A program made the translations under genes and the position numbers. Shown piece by piece: positions 1 to 11,101 of a stretch of 64,000 nucleotides of DNA. Source of the DNA: Dehalococcoidia bacterium (GTDB lineage: Bacteria > Chloroflexota > Dehalococcoidia > Bin125); assembly GCA_963663895.2 (NCBI GenBank), contig CAXXRD010000002.1, forward strand, positions 736,001-800,000. The letters are read 5' to 3'. The notes under the pieces were generated by a model. That model had not been told where the DNA came from. It made no database searches and worked only from the letters and a program-made list of their open reading frames with translations. The number at the start of each line of letters is the position of its first letter. Position 1 is the stretch's first letter.

Positions 1-36
1 GTAGAGCACGGCAACGCGCAGCCGGCGGCGCGCCAT
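1..36 (-). CDS. gatD: N-terminus of GatD/CobQ-like glutamine amidotransferase (truncated by window edge)
   Basis: ATG overlaps the murT stop (TGATG); reads MARRRLRVAVLY, like the GatD N-terminal LRIAHLYP; murT-gatD is a conserved pair. Confidence 0.6.
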   Translation of the reverse strand, partial: MARRRLRVAVLY

Positions 37-1418
37 CACGCTTCCTCCCATATCGGCGGCGCGCCCGCGCGTTCGCTCAAGCGGGCGCGCACATCGAGCA
101 AGGCTGTGTAGGTGGGCAACACGGTGAGTTCGGCGCCGTCCGGCAATCCCGCCAGCGCCCGGTCCAGTGCGCGCTCGATATCGGCGTGCCGTGCGCGCGG
201 CACGGGGAACCCCGCGTACTCCAAGCGCAGCGCCATATCCGCTGCGCGGCTCCCGCCGACGACGACGCTCTCGACGCGCGGGGCCAGCGCCTCCCACTCC
301 GTGTCCCAGATCCACGAGACGTCCCTGCCATCGGCCAGACCATCGTTGAGCAAGACCAGGAGATGGAGCGCGTCATCGCGGCCCTGGAGCGTGCGGAGCG
401 CTTCGTTCAGGCCTGCCGGATTCTTGCCGAGCAGGATCCGCACCACGTGTCCGTCGCTGTTGAGACATTCCTGCCGCCCGAACGCGGCGCGCGCGCCAGC
501 GAGCGCCGGCGTGATGCTGCCCAAGTCGGCTCCGAGCACGCTCGCAGCGGTCGCGGCGGCGAGCGCATTATAGACGTTGTAGAGGCCCGCAAGCGGCAAG
601 CCGACCTGGGTGCTCGCCTCGCCCATCTCCAGCAAGAACGTAACGCCATCGGCCGACTGTGCGACCGCACGTGCGCGCACCTCCGGATCGGGCCGGCAGC
701 GTCCGTCATCCCCGTAGCGCCAATGCCCGAGATGCGCGTAGAAGAGGCGGTCGTAAACAAACTCGGCGCCCGTCTCGGGATGCCAGTGCGCCTCGGCCGC
801 ATGATCGTCAACGGATTCGAGCTCATCATCGATCCCGAAGAAGCACACAGGGCCGCGCGCGTCATCGGCGAGCGTGGCGACCAAGGGATCATCCGCGTTG
901 AGCGCGACCGTCGTGGCGGCGGGCAGTGAGCGGATCGCGTGCTGCCAGCGCTCGCGGATCGCATCGATCTCCCCATAGCGATCCAGTTGATCGCGGAGAA
1001 GATTGTTGATCACCAGCACCTGCGGTGGCGTGGCGGCCGCGGCGCTGGGCAGCGTCGCCTCATCGACCTCGAAGACGCCGACGGCCGACCGCGGCAATCT
1101 TCCGTCCTTCCCCGCCGCCTCGACCAGCGCGGCGGTCAATCCGCGTATCAGGTTCGAGCCGGCCCGGTTGTGGACAACGGCCCGGCCAGCCTCCTGCAGG
1201 ATGCTCGCCAGCAAGCGGGCGGTCGTGGTCTTGCCGTTGGTGCCGGTGATCAAGACGCTGCATTCGAGTTGTGCGCCAAGGGCTCGGATGAGATCCGGAT
1301 CGACGCGCTCCGCCACGAGTCCGGGGAGCGCCGTGCCGCCGTGTCCGAGCCGCCGCGCCGCGGCGCGCGCAGTCTTACCCGCCAACAGCGCGGCCCGTGT
1401 GCGCCCCGTGCGGATCAT
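36..1418 (-). CDS. murT: MurT-type Mur ligase with DUF1727 domain (lipid II isoglutaminyl synthase subunit)
   Basis: GTALPG, ITGTNGKTTT, GSNL, EVDEA, RDQLDRYGE, KNPAG, DGRDVSWIWD and LPTYTA motifs. Confidence 0.88.
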   Translation of the reverse strand: MIRTGRTRAALLAGKTARAAARRLGHGGTALPGLVAERVDPDLIRALGAQLECSVLITGTNGKTTTARLLASILQEAGRAVVHNRAGSNLIRGLTAALVEAAGKDGRLPRSAVGVFEVDEATLPSAAAATPPQVLVINNLLRDQLDRYGEIDAIRERWQHAIRSLPAATTVALNADDPLVATLADDARGPVCFFGIDDELESVDDHAAEAHWHPETGAEFVYDRLFYAHLGHWRYGDDGRCRPDPEVRARAVAQSADGVTFLLEMGEASTQVGLPLAGLYNVYNALAAATAASVLGADLGSITPALAGARAAFGRQECLNSDGHVVRILLGKNPAGLNEALRTLQGRDDALHLLVLLNDGLADGRDVSWIWDTEWEALAPRVESVVVGGSRAADMALRLEYAGFPVPRARHADIERALDRALAGLPDGAELTVLPTYTALLDVRARLSERAGAPPIWEEA

Positions 1419-1428
1419 GTCCCGCGCG

Positions 1429-2592
1429 CTAGCCGGCAGGCCGGGGAGCGGGGGGCTTGCCCCCAAAGGCGCCGACGACCTGCTCCAGCCCGATCAGACC
1501 GAGCAAGCGGCCGTCCTCCACCACGGGAAGCACGCGGACGCCCTCGCTCTGCAGGCGGGTGAGCGCCTCGACGCCCGTCGCGGTCGGTGCGATCGGCGCC
1601 GCGTTTTCCGCCGCCACCATCACGTCCATGATGGTCGACTCGCGGAAGCGCTCCGCATCCATCATGCGGAGCAAGTGGCCGGTGACGATGCCGACAACCA
1701 CCTCGTCGCGAACGGCGATGTACACCGCACTGGGATCGATTGAGCCGGGGCCCGAGGCGATCCAGCGCAGCGAGCAGTCCGCCTCGACCCGTCGCAACTC
1801 CGTGGACATCAAGTCACGGACGCGGACGCCACCGAGGTTGCGCTCCAAGCGCATGCTGCGGAGCGCGCCGCTGGAGGCGTTAAAGAGGAAGGCGCCGATC
1901 AGAATAAGCCAGAGGCTGCCGAACTGAGAGCGCTCAAAGCCCAGATCGATATCGAGCAAGCCCAACAGGCCGAAGCCCGCGATCGCGATCGCGATCCCTT
2001 GGCCCAGCCGGCTGGCCGCCGCCGTCGCGGTCATGCGCGATCCAGTTAACCCCCACACGATCGACCGGAAGACACGCCCGCCGTCCATCGGGAAGCCGGG
2101 GACCATGTTGAACGCGGCGACGACGAAATTCATAAAGCCAAGCCAGCGCAGCATCGCGTCGACGGGAGAGTGGCCTTGCCCTGTCGCGAACCAGATGCCG
2201 AACAGCGCGCCACCGATCAGCGCGCTGCTCAACGGGCCCACGACCGCAATCAGGAACTCTGGGAGGGGGCGCTCCGACTCGCGGGCGATCTGGGAAACCC
2301 CCCCTAATGCGAAGAGCGTGATATTGCGCACGGGCAGCCCGTGGACCTTGGCCACGAGGCTGTGCGCCAGTTCATGGAGCAGGATCGAGACGAAGAAAAA
2401 GATGGCGCTCACGACCGCCAAGACCCACACGGTGGCGTTCGAGGGCCTCGGCTCGATCATGGCCGGGAAAATCCCGTCGGCGGTGCCCAGCACGATCGTG
2501 ACGAAAACCAACACGATGAAGAACGTCAGATGCAGGATGATCGGTATCCCGAAGATCCGCGCGATCTGGACGCCACCGGAGCTAAAGCCCAT
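1429..2592 (-). CDS. Site-2 protease (M50 zinc metalloprotease) with C-terminal CBS pair
   Basis: HELAH, AGP-like VVGP, FNMVPGFPMDGGR, TM helices, CBS repeats; start chosen after AGAAAGG and a TACAAT -10 at 2614-2619. Confidence 0.9.
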   Translation of the reverse strand: MGFSSGGVQIARIFGIPIILHLTFFIVLVFVTIVLGTADGIFPAMIEPRPSNATVWVLAVVSAIFFFVSILLHELAHSLVAKVHGLPVRNITLFALGGVSQIARESERPLPEFLIAVVGPLSSALIGGALFGIWFATGQGHSPVDAMLRWLGFMNFVVAAFNMVPGFPMDGGRVFRSIVWGLTGSRMTATAAASRLGQGIAIAIAGFGLLGLLDIDLGFERSQFGSLWLILIGAFLFNASSGALRSMRLERNLGGVRVRDLMSTELRRVEADCSLRWIASGPGSIDPSAVYIAVRDEVVVGIVTGHLLRMMDAERFRESTIMDVMVAAENAAPIAPTATGVEALTRLQSEGVRVLPVVEDGRLLGLIGLEQVVGAFGGKPPAPRPAG

Positions 2593-2948
2593 GTCGGCAG
2601 CCTTTCTGCTCCTCATTGTACGCGTGGCCTCCACCGGCTGTTCCCGGCCGGGCGCCCAACGTGCCGGCGCGCGCCAGCGGTGGCCATCGGGGGCTGATCT
2701 CGACGGGTGATCTCCCGGCACGCGCCGGAAGCGCAGGCCGGGACACGGGTGGACCCCGCGCGACCGCCCGGCTCCGTCAGCGGCCGGCGATCAAGGAGCG
2801 TTCAAGGAGAAGGGATCAAGGAGAAGGATCGTGTCTTGCGCCGAATGCGGCGCCGTTCCTCCGCCACGATTGCCGCCTCGAAGCGCGGGCGCGAGGGCTG
2901 GCTCCCCCACCCTCCACCGCCCCAGCGTCGTCGGGAGGGGAACAGCGC

Positions 2949-2977
2949 AACAGCCCGCCGCGCGCGACGGGCTGTTT
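2949..2977. terminator. Stem-loop, probable intrinsic terminator downstream of the tatA genes
   Basis: AACAGCCCG-N10-CGGGCTGTT perfect 9-bp inverted repeat with short U/A tracts. Confidence 0.5.
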
Positions 2978-3003
2978 CTGCGGCGGCAGCTTACGCGAAG
3001 CGG

Positions 3004-3231
3004 CTACGCCTTCTCCTCGGAGGACGCGGCACTCGCTTGCTGGACGGCGGTCTCTTCGCCTTCCTCGCCCTCTTGGCCAGGCTTGCGCGCCTCCTGCCGG
3101 AACTCGCGGACGCCGGTGCCAAGCGCCTTACCCACACCCGCGAGCCTTCCCGCCCCGAAGATCACCAGAACCACGACGATGATCCCAACGATCTCGGGCC
3201 AGCCGATCGCTGCGAGAGTAATCCCATCCAT
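3004..3231 (-). CDS. tatA: Twin-arginine translocase TatA/E subunit (copy 2)
   Basis: IGWPEI-TM-IFGAGRL..VGKALG.GVREFR signature. Confidence 0.9.
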   Translation of the reverse strand: MDGITLAAIGWPEIVGIIVVVLVIFGAGRLAGVGKALGTGVREFRQEARKPGQEGEEGEETAVQQASAASSEEKA

Positions 3232-3466
3232 CTGCCGACTCCTTCAGATCCCGTCTGGCGGGTGCGTCCTATGCCCGGGGTTCCGCAGGCTGATCCGCGG
3301 AGGCCGCGACCTCGTCCATCTCACCCTCTTGGCCGGGTTTGCGCGCCTCCTGCCGGAACTCGCGGACGCCGGTGCCAAGCGCCTTGCCCACGCCCGCGAG
3401 CCTTCCCGCCCCGAAGATCACCAGAACCACGACGATGATCCCAACGATCTCGGGCGCGCCGATCGC
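3070..3466. repeat. ~140-bp near-identical direct repeat (about 3070-3210 and 3326-3466) forming the tatA tandem duplication
   Basis: The two copies differ at only a handful of positions by eye. Confidence 0.85.
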
Positions 3467-3478
3467 TACGAGGGGCAT
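3269..3478 (-). CDS. tatA: Twin-arginine translocase TatA/E subunit (copy 1)
   Basis: Same TatA signature; GGAG RBS upstream. Confidence 0.9.
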   Translation of the reverse strand: MPLVAIGAPEIVGIIVVVLVIFGAGRLAGVGKALGTGVREFRQEARKPGQEGEMDEVAASADQPAEPRA

Positions 3479-3524
3479 AGGTTCTCGCTCCTGCTCCGCC
3501 GGCGGCTCGGGGTACGCCGACCGG

Positions 3525-3881
3525 TCATGTCAGGGTATCACGCAGCGGCCCGTCTCCCGAGTCGCCGGGCTCAAGGCGCTCCACGAAAACCCGCATGATG
3601 CCGCCGCAGATCTTATCCTCGCCCTCGGTGGGCTTGGTGAGGTCGACCGTTACCACGCGGGGCTGGCCGTCCTCCAAGATCGCCATCGCTTCCTGCCACA
3701 CTTCGGCCTCGCCGCAACCGCCGCCGATGGTGCCTACGAAAGAGCCGTCTTGCCGCACAGCCATCTTGGCTCCCACGCGCCGCGGCGTGCTACCACGTGT
3801 GTGCGCGACCGTCGCCAGCACGACGCGCTGCGTGGCAGCGAGCGCGGCGGAAACGCTGCGGTAGACCTCATCTGCCGGCAA
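3525..3881 (-). CDS. XdhC/CoxI family protein (stand-alone N-terminal domain)
   Basis: GSTPRRVGAKM, GTIGGGCGE, ICGG motifs; TTG start with GGAGGG RBS. Confidence 0.8.
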   Translation of the reverse strand: MPADEVYRSVSAALAATQRVVLATVAHTRGSTPRRVGAKMAVRQDGSFVGTIGGGCGEAEVWQEAMAILEDGQPRVVTVDLTKPTEGEDKICGGIMRVFVERLEPGDSGDGPLRDTLT

Positions 3882-3954
3882 GCGGGTCCCTCCAGCCACG
3901 TCGGTCCTGCCCGGTATGCAGGAAGCGTAGCTTACGCGGTACGCCGCCGCGCTG

Positions 3955-4827
3955 CTAGCGATCCGCCGGCGGGGCGTCCATGTCGGGCGGGCGCGTGTGC
4001 GTGCGCCCATGCTCCGACAGAGGCAGCGCCGAGCCTCCGCGACGGACCAAGACGATCTCGCTGAGGATGGCCAAGGCGATCTCCTCGGGCGTCTCGGCGC
4101 CGATGTCGAGGCCGATCGGCGTGAAAACGCTCGCGACCGCCTCGCCGTCAAATCCTTCGCGGCGCAAGTGCTCCAGCACCGTGCGCGTCCGGCGCTTGCT
4201 CCCGATCATCCCGACGTAGGCAGCGCCCCGGCCGACCACGCGCCGCAGGCTGGCTTCGTCCTGTTTGTGACCACGGGAGACCATGACCGCGTACGTGTTC
4301 GCGTCGACGGGGAAGCGCGCCACCTCGGCCGCAATATCCCCGCAGATCACGCGATCGGCGAACGGAAATCGATCCGCCGACGCGTACTCCTCCCGATCGT
4401 CGATCACCGCCACGCTCATGCCGAGCAGCGCCCCCATCTCGCCGAGGGCGCGGCCGACATGGCCGCCGCCGACGATCAGCAAAACGAAAGGCGGCGCCAC
4501 CACCTCGATGAGGATCTCCACCAACTCGCCCGTCGCGGCCAGCGCCCGCCGTCCCGAGAGCCGGCGCCCGTCGGGCGCGAAGGCCAGCGTCAGCGCCTCC
4601 CGCCGTCCGCCCGCGGCGCGCGCCGCCGCCACAATCCCCGTCTCGAGCGCGCCGCCGCCGAGGGAGCCCACGACGGTGCCGTCGACGCGGACGAGCAGCT
4701 TGTCGCCCGGCCGCGCGGCCAGGGCGGCGGGAGCGGTGATGACCGTGCACGAGACCACGGGCGGCCCGCTCTCGCTGGCGCGCAGCAACTCCGCCGCGAT
4801 ATCGGAACCGGAGAGTGGACCCGTCAT
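3955..4827 (-). CDS. XdhC family molybdoenzyme maturation factor (CoxI domain plus Rossmann domain)
   Basis: GSLGGG, GGGHVG, DDR, YVGMIGSKRR, PIGLDIGAETPEEIA motifs. Confidence 0.88.
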   Translation of the reverse strand: MTGPLSGSDIAAELLRASESGPPVVSCTVITAPAALAARPGDKLLVRVDGTVVGSLGGGALETGIVAAARAAGGRREALTLAFAPDGRRLSGRRALAATGELVEILIEVVAPPFVLLIVGGGHVGRALGEMGALLGMSVAVIDDREEYASADRFPFADRVICGDIAAEVARFPVDANTYAVMVSRGHKQDEASLRRVVGRGAAYVGMIGSKRRTRTVLEHLRREGFDGEAVASVFTPIGLDIGAETPEEIALAILSEIVLVRRGGSALPLSEHGRTHTRPPDMDAPPADR

Positions 4828-4859
4828 ACTAGCGCGAGCATAGCGCGCGCCGCCGTCCC

Positions 4860-5951
4860 TCAAACGTTGAAGAGCACGCGCACCACATCGCCGTCCCGGA
4901 TGCCGTAGTCCTTGCCCTCCGTACGCAGCTGCGCGCGCTTCCGGGCTATCGCCTCCGAACCCGCGTCGGCCAGGTCGGCCCAACCGACCACCTCGGCGCG
5001 AATGAAGCCCCGCGCCATGTCGCTATGGATCTTGCCCGCAGCCTGGAGCGCCCTCGCGCCCCGCGTGACCGTCCAGGCGCGGCATTCGTCCTCACCGACC
5101 GTGAAGAACGAGAGCAGCCCCAAGATCGCGTAGGCATGCCGCACGGCTTGCGCCAGCGCCCCCTCGGCCGCGCCGACTTCGCGGCGGTAGGCCTGCGCCT
5201 CTTCCGGAGAAAGCGCCGTAAGCTCCATCTCCAGCGCGGCGCACACCGACACGGGTTCGGCCTCCAGCCGCGCTGCATCCGGGCGGCCTCCCGCGACCAG
5301 CGCACCGGCGGCAGCCACCTCGGTTTCGCCGACGTTGAGGACGGTCAGGAGCGGCCGTGCCGTCAAGAACCGGTACGGCGCCAGGATGCGCCGCTCTTCA
5401 TCGGCGAGCTTGGCGGCCCGGACCGGCGTGCCCTCGGCAAGCTGGTCGCGTAACCGCCGGAGCACCGCCGCTTCGCGTCGGGCCTGCTCCCGTTCCGCCG
5501 CCTTCATCGCCTTGGTCTCCCCCGCCATGCGCTCCAGGCGCTTGTCGAGCAATGCGATGTCGGCGAAGGCGAGCTCCAAGGCCATCGACTCGATGTCTCG
5601 CGCCGAATCGACGGCGCCATGCGGATGCGGGACCGCGTCGTTTTCGAAGCCGCGCACAACGTGCACTAGGGCATCGGCCAGGCTGAGTTGCTCCAAGAAG
5701 CGCAACTCCGGCGCGGCGTCCTTCCGGAAGCCCCCGCCCGGGAAGTCACTGAACTGCAGCGTGGCGTAGGTCGTCTTCGTCGGGCGGTAGAGCGCCGCGA
5801 GGCGTTCGAGGCGTTCGTCGGGCACACGGACGACACCCACGTGCGGCTCGGCGTGTGTGGAAAATCCCACGGCGTGATCGGCCCCGGTGATCGCGTTGAA
5901 GAGCGAAGTCTTACCGCTTCGCTCGAACCCGATGAGCCCAAGCTCAGGCAT
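4860..5951 (-). CDS. ychF: Ribosome-binding ATPase YchF
   Basis: P-loop GxxxSGKT, VPDERL, FFTVGEDECRAW, AAGKIHSD..RGFIRAEV, EGKDY. Confidence 0.92.
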   Translation of the reverse strand: MPELGLIGFERSGKTSLFNAITGADHAVGFSTHAEPHVGVVRVPDERLERLAALYRPTKTTYATLQFSDFPGGGFRKDAAPELRFLEQLSLADALVHVVRGFENDAVPHPHGAVDSARDIESMALELAFADIALLDKRLERMAGETKAMKAAEREQARREAAVLRRLRDQLAEGTPVRAAKLADEERRILAPYRFLTARPLLTVLNVGETEVAAAGALVAGGRPDAARLEAEPVSVCAALEMELTALSPEEAQAYRREVGAAEGALAQAVRHAYAILGLLSFFTVGEDECRAWTVTRGARALQAAGKIHSDMARGFIRAEVVGWADLADAGSEAIARKRAQLRTEGKDYGIRDGDVVRVLFNV

Positions 5952-6038
5952 CAGCGCGCACGCCTCCAAGAGCCGGCCAGCCGCGATCCCGGCCCGAGCC
6001 CCGGACGGCCCCCATGGACAGGGCGACGCGCGGCACGG

Positions 6039-6773
6039 TCAGTCGTTCCAATCCGCCGGCGCCGACGGCAGGACTCCGCCCGCCCCGACCTCGCGCCGCC
6101 CTGTGGGACACAGCTCCAGCAGCGGACACTGCCCGCACAGCGGCCGCTTCTTGCACGTGCTCTTCGCATGCCGCACGAGTAAGGCATGGTATTCGGCGAA
6201 AAGAGGCGCGGGGAGCTGCGAAACCAAAAGCACCCGCAGCGCCTCATAGCGCTCTCGCTCATCGACCCACCCAAGACGGCCGAGGATGCGCCGGGTGTAG
6301 GCGTCGACCGGAAATGTCGGCTGCCGGGCCGCGTAGAGGCAAACGGCGTCTGCCGTCTCTGGACCGAAGCCGTGCGTAGAGAGAAGCAGCGGGCGCAGCT
6401 CCTCCAGAGGCTTGGCCAGCAACCCGTGCACATCGCCCTCGGCTTCCTCTGCGACGAGCCGCGCGAAGGCTTTGAGCTTGCGCGCCTTGCTGTTGAAGTA
6501 GCCGGACGGCCGGATCACCTCGGCCAACTCGCGCTCCGGCACCCGTAAGAGCGCGGCGACGCTGAGCAATCCCCCAACGATCAGCGCGTCCACCGCCTTG
6601 CGTGCGCTCGTCCACGCCGTGTTCTGGACCAGGATCGCGCCCACGATCATCTCCAGTTCGGACCCCGCCGGCCACCAGCGTTGCGGCCCGTAGTGGTCCC
6701 GCAGCCGTCGGTAGAGATCGTGAAGCTCCGGCGTGGAAACCGCGCGGAGCGGCGCAATCGCGCTGCCGCTCAC
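6039..6773 (-). CDS. HhH-GPD DNA glycosylase (endonuclease III-related) with FeS cluster motif
   Basis: WWP, GAILVQNTAW, IRPSGYF, GFGPETAD, VDAYTRR, C-x6-C-x2-C-x5-C. Confidence 0.88.
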   Translation of the reverse strand: MSGSAIAPLRAVSTPELHDLYRRLRDHYGPQRWWPAGSELEMIVGAILVQNTAWTSARKAVDALIVGGLLSVAALLRVPERELAEVIRPSGYFNSKARKLKAFARLVAEEAEGDVHGLLAKPLEELRPLLLSTHGFGPETADAVCLYAARQPTFPVDAYTRRILGRLGWVDERERYEALRVLLVSQLPAPLFAEYHALLVRHAKSTCKKRPLCGQCPLLELCPTGRREVGAGGVLPSAPADWND

Positions 6774-7279
6774 TGGGCCCACTCGGGGATCCCTGCGTCG
6801 AAAGAGTCGTAAAACGACACGTAGGGCTTAATGTCGAGCACGGCCGTTCCGTTCACTGCGTCGAGCCCTACCACCCGGACAACGCCGTCCCGCACGCTTT
6901 CCAAGGGAACGATACTGACGCCCAACGGATTCGGGCGGTGCGCGGTCCGCGTTGCAAAGACGCCGACCTCAGGCGAGCTCTCGTCTCCCGTCGGCCGGAT
7001 GCGCAGCAGGCTGCGCCCCTCGTCGGTGACCCGATCGAGCCACGTCACGACGATGAGATGGGTGAAGCCTTCCAGTCCATCGAGCGCCACCCGGAACTCG
7101 TCGCGGAACACGATCTCGGATTCGACCTGCGCCCACGTGCGACCACTCGTGTCGTCAATGGTGTTGCGCACGACGGCGATGGGCGTCAGGTCGCCGATCA
7201 CGTCCGGAAGGTGCCGCAGGGCGCGCGCGCGCGCTTCGCGCACGCTCGTCAGGTGTAGCTTCTCGCGCCAGCCGACCAT
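6770..7279 (-). CDS. trmO: tRNA m6t6A37 methyltransferase TrmO/TsaA family
   Basis: GVFATR..HRPNPLG and GLDA.NGT.VLDIKPY motifs. Confidence 0.85.
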   Translation of the reverse strand: MVGWREKLHLTSVREARARALRHLPDVIGDLTPIAVVRNTIDDTSGRTWAQVESEIVFRDEFRVALDGLEGFTHLIVVTWLDRVTDEGRSLLRIRPTGDESSPEVGVFATRTAHRPNPLGVSIVPLESVRDGVVRVVGLDAVNGTAVLDIKPYVSFYDSFDAGIPEWAQ

Positions 7280-7384
7280 CGCCCCTCCGGCCATCACGCG
7301 CCATATCCGGCGCGCACTAGTGTCGCACGCGCGGCGCTAGACTCGGCAGCGGCGCAGGCGATCCCCAGGGAGAGAGGAGCTAGC

Positions 7385-8224
7385 ATGACCGTGCAGCGCG
7401 GCTACGTCGATACCGAGATCGGCCAGATCCATTATCGCAGCGAGACGGCGGGATCAAAGACGCCGTTGGTGCTGTTCCACCAAAGCGCCAGCTCTTCCGC
7501 GATGTACGAGGGGCTCATGGCCGAACTCGCGGGCGAGCGGCCGCAATACGCGCCGGACACGCCCGGCTACGGCCTCTCCGATTTCCCGCCGTCCAAGCCC
7601 GCCATCGCCGACTATGTGCGCACCCAACTCGAGGCGCTCGATCGCCTCGGCGTATCGGAGTTTCACGCCTTCGGCTTCCATACCGGCGCCTCCATCGCCT
7701 GCGAGGCGGCGGTCGCCGCCCCCGAACGCGTGCGCAGCCTCATGCTCTGCGGCCCGCCCTGCGCCGACGCGGGGCAGCGCCGGCAATGGCTGGCGAAGGT
7801 GGAAGGCGCGGAGGAGAGACGGCCCGACTTCGAGCGGGTGGGCGTTTCGGCGATGCGGGTCCAGGCGGACGGCCGGCACCTGCTCGCCATCTGGCAGCGC
7901 AACTTGGACCTGGGAGCGGACGCGCCGCCCGCGATCATCCACCGCGAGACGATCGACAATCTGCGCGCCGGCGAACGCTATCAGGACGCGATCGTCGCCG
8001 TCTTCAGCCAGGACATGCCCGCGCTCTTGCCCCAGGTGGCGTGCCCAATTCTTCTCATCTGCGGCGACCGCGACGTGCTCTACCCGTACCTCCAGCCCGC
8101 TCACGAGATTCGCCCCGATGCAACGTGCGTGACGCTAGACGGCGGCTCGTACGTGATCGACCAGGATCCGGCGCAGGTCGCGCGCGAAGTACGGGCTTTC
8201 TTGCAGTCAGTCGAGGGCGGTTAA
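7385..8224 (+). CDS. Alpha/beta hydrolase-fold protein (atypical nucleophile elbow)
   Basis: GQIHYR, LFHQ, PDTPGYGLSD, GFHTGA elbow, P.LLICGDRD; GAGGAG RBS. Confidence 0.85.
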   Translation: MTVQRGYVDTEIGQIHYRSETAGSKTPLVLFHQSASSSAMYEGLMAELAGERPQYAPDTPGYGLSDFPPSKPAIADYVRTQLEALDRLGVSEFHAFGFHTGASIACEAAVAAPERVRSLMLCGPPCADAGQRRQWLAKVEGAEERRPDFERVGVSAMRVQADGRHLLAIWQRNLDLGADAPPAIIHRETIDNLRAGERYQDAIVAVFSQDMPALLPQVACPILLICGDRDVLYPYLQPAHEIRPDATCVTLDGGSYVIDQDPAQVAREVRAFLQSVEGG

Positions 8225-8322
8225 GCGCTTTTACCCAAGCCAACCGGGGATCCCCAACCGCTCGGGCCGCCTTCGTAAACCGCCCGGTCGCCGCCGCCTC
8301 GCGTGGTTGATACACTTCATAG

Positions 8323-10308
<1,986 letters not shown>

Positions 10309-10378
10309 CCCCCCGGCAGCCGGCACCGCGGCACCCGCGCCCGCGCTGGTCTCTCCGGGTTGAGGGGGCGCCCGACCC

Positions 10379-11101
10379 ATGGCAGGCACGCGCTCCGACC
10401 CACACTTGCCGGCGCCCACTCACTGGCGCGACGCCATCCCTCCGGCGGTGCGCAGGTGGTGGGCGGGCGCGCCGCGCCTCGCGCTGGAAAACACCGGTGC
10501 CCTTCTCCTCCCGGCGCTGCTGCCTCTTCGCCCCAGCGACCGCCTCCTCGAGATCGGCTGCGGGCGCGCCGCGCTGAGCTCGGTGCTTGCCGAGCGCGCC
10601 CGCCTGGCCTGCGCGCCCGTCGGGCTGGAAGCGGATCGCCGGCTGTTACTCCCTCCGCACGACACCGTCGTCTTCGTGCAAGGAAGGCCCACGCACCTGC
10701 CCTTCGAGGAGAACGCGTTCACCGTCATCGTGGCCGGCCACCAGATCCGCACTTGGAGCGATGCCGCCCTGCGCGCGTTTCTCGCCGAGGCCTGGCGCGT
10801 ACTCGCGCACAACGGGCTGCTGGTGTTGTGGGAGGTCGCGCCGTCGCGATCAGTGACCATCAACCGCGTTTGGCGGGCGCTGCTGGCGCAGCCCGACTCC
10901 GGCGTCCAGCTGCGGCGCTTCGCGGAGATCAGCCGCATGGCGCGCGAGGCGCATTTCGCTTGGATCCAGACGCTGCGAGTTCAGCCGATCATCTGGCCGC
11001 CGGGGCCGCGTGTCGGCATTTTGATGCGCAAGGAGTACTACGACAGCAGGACCATCGGGCTGCGGCGCGACCAGAGCCCCTCCTACCGCTCCACCCCATA
11101 G
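10379..11101 (+). CDS. Class I SAM-dependent methyltransferase-like protein
   Basis: LLEIGCGR motif I, LPFEENAF, EAWRVL..NG. Confidence 0.7.
   Translation: MAGTRSDPHLPAPTHWRDAIPPAVRRWWAGAPRLALENTGALLLPALLPLRPSDRLLEIGCGRAALSSVLAERARLACAPVGLEADRRLLLPPHDTVVFVQGRPTHLPFEENAFTVIVAGHQIRTWSDAALRAFLAEAWRVLAHNGLLVLWEVAPSRSVTINRVWRALLAQPDSGVQLRRFAEISRMAREAHFAWIQTLRVQPIIWPPGPRVGILMRKEYYDSRTIGLRRDQSPSYRSTP

Noticed and set aside
3070-3466. tatA repeat as a DGR template/variable pair or CRISPR-like repeat
   Set aside because: Both copies are intact coding genes, the differences are not adenine-specific, and no reverse transcriptase or cas gene is present
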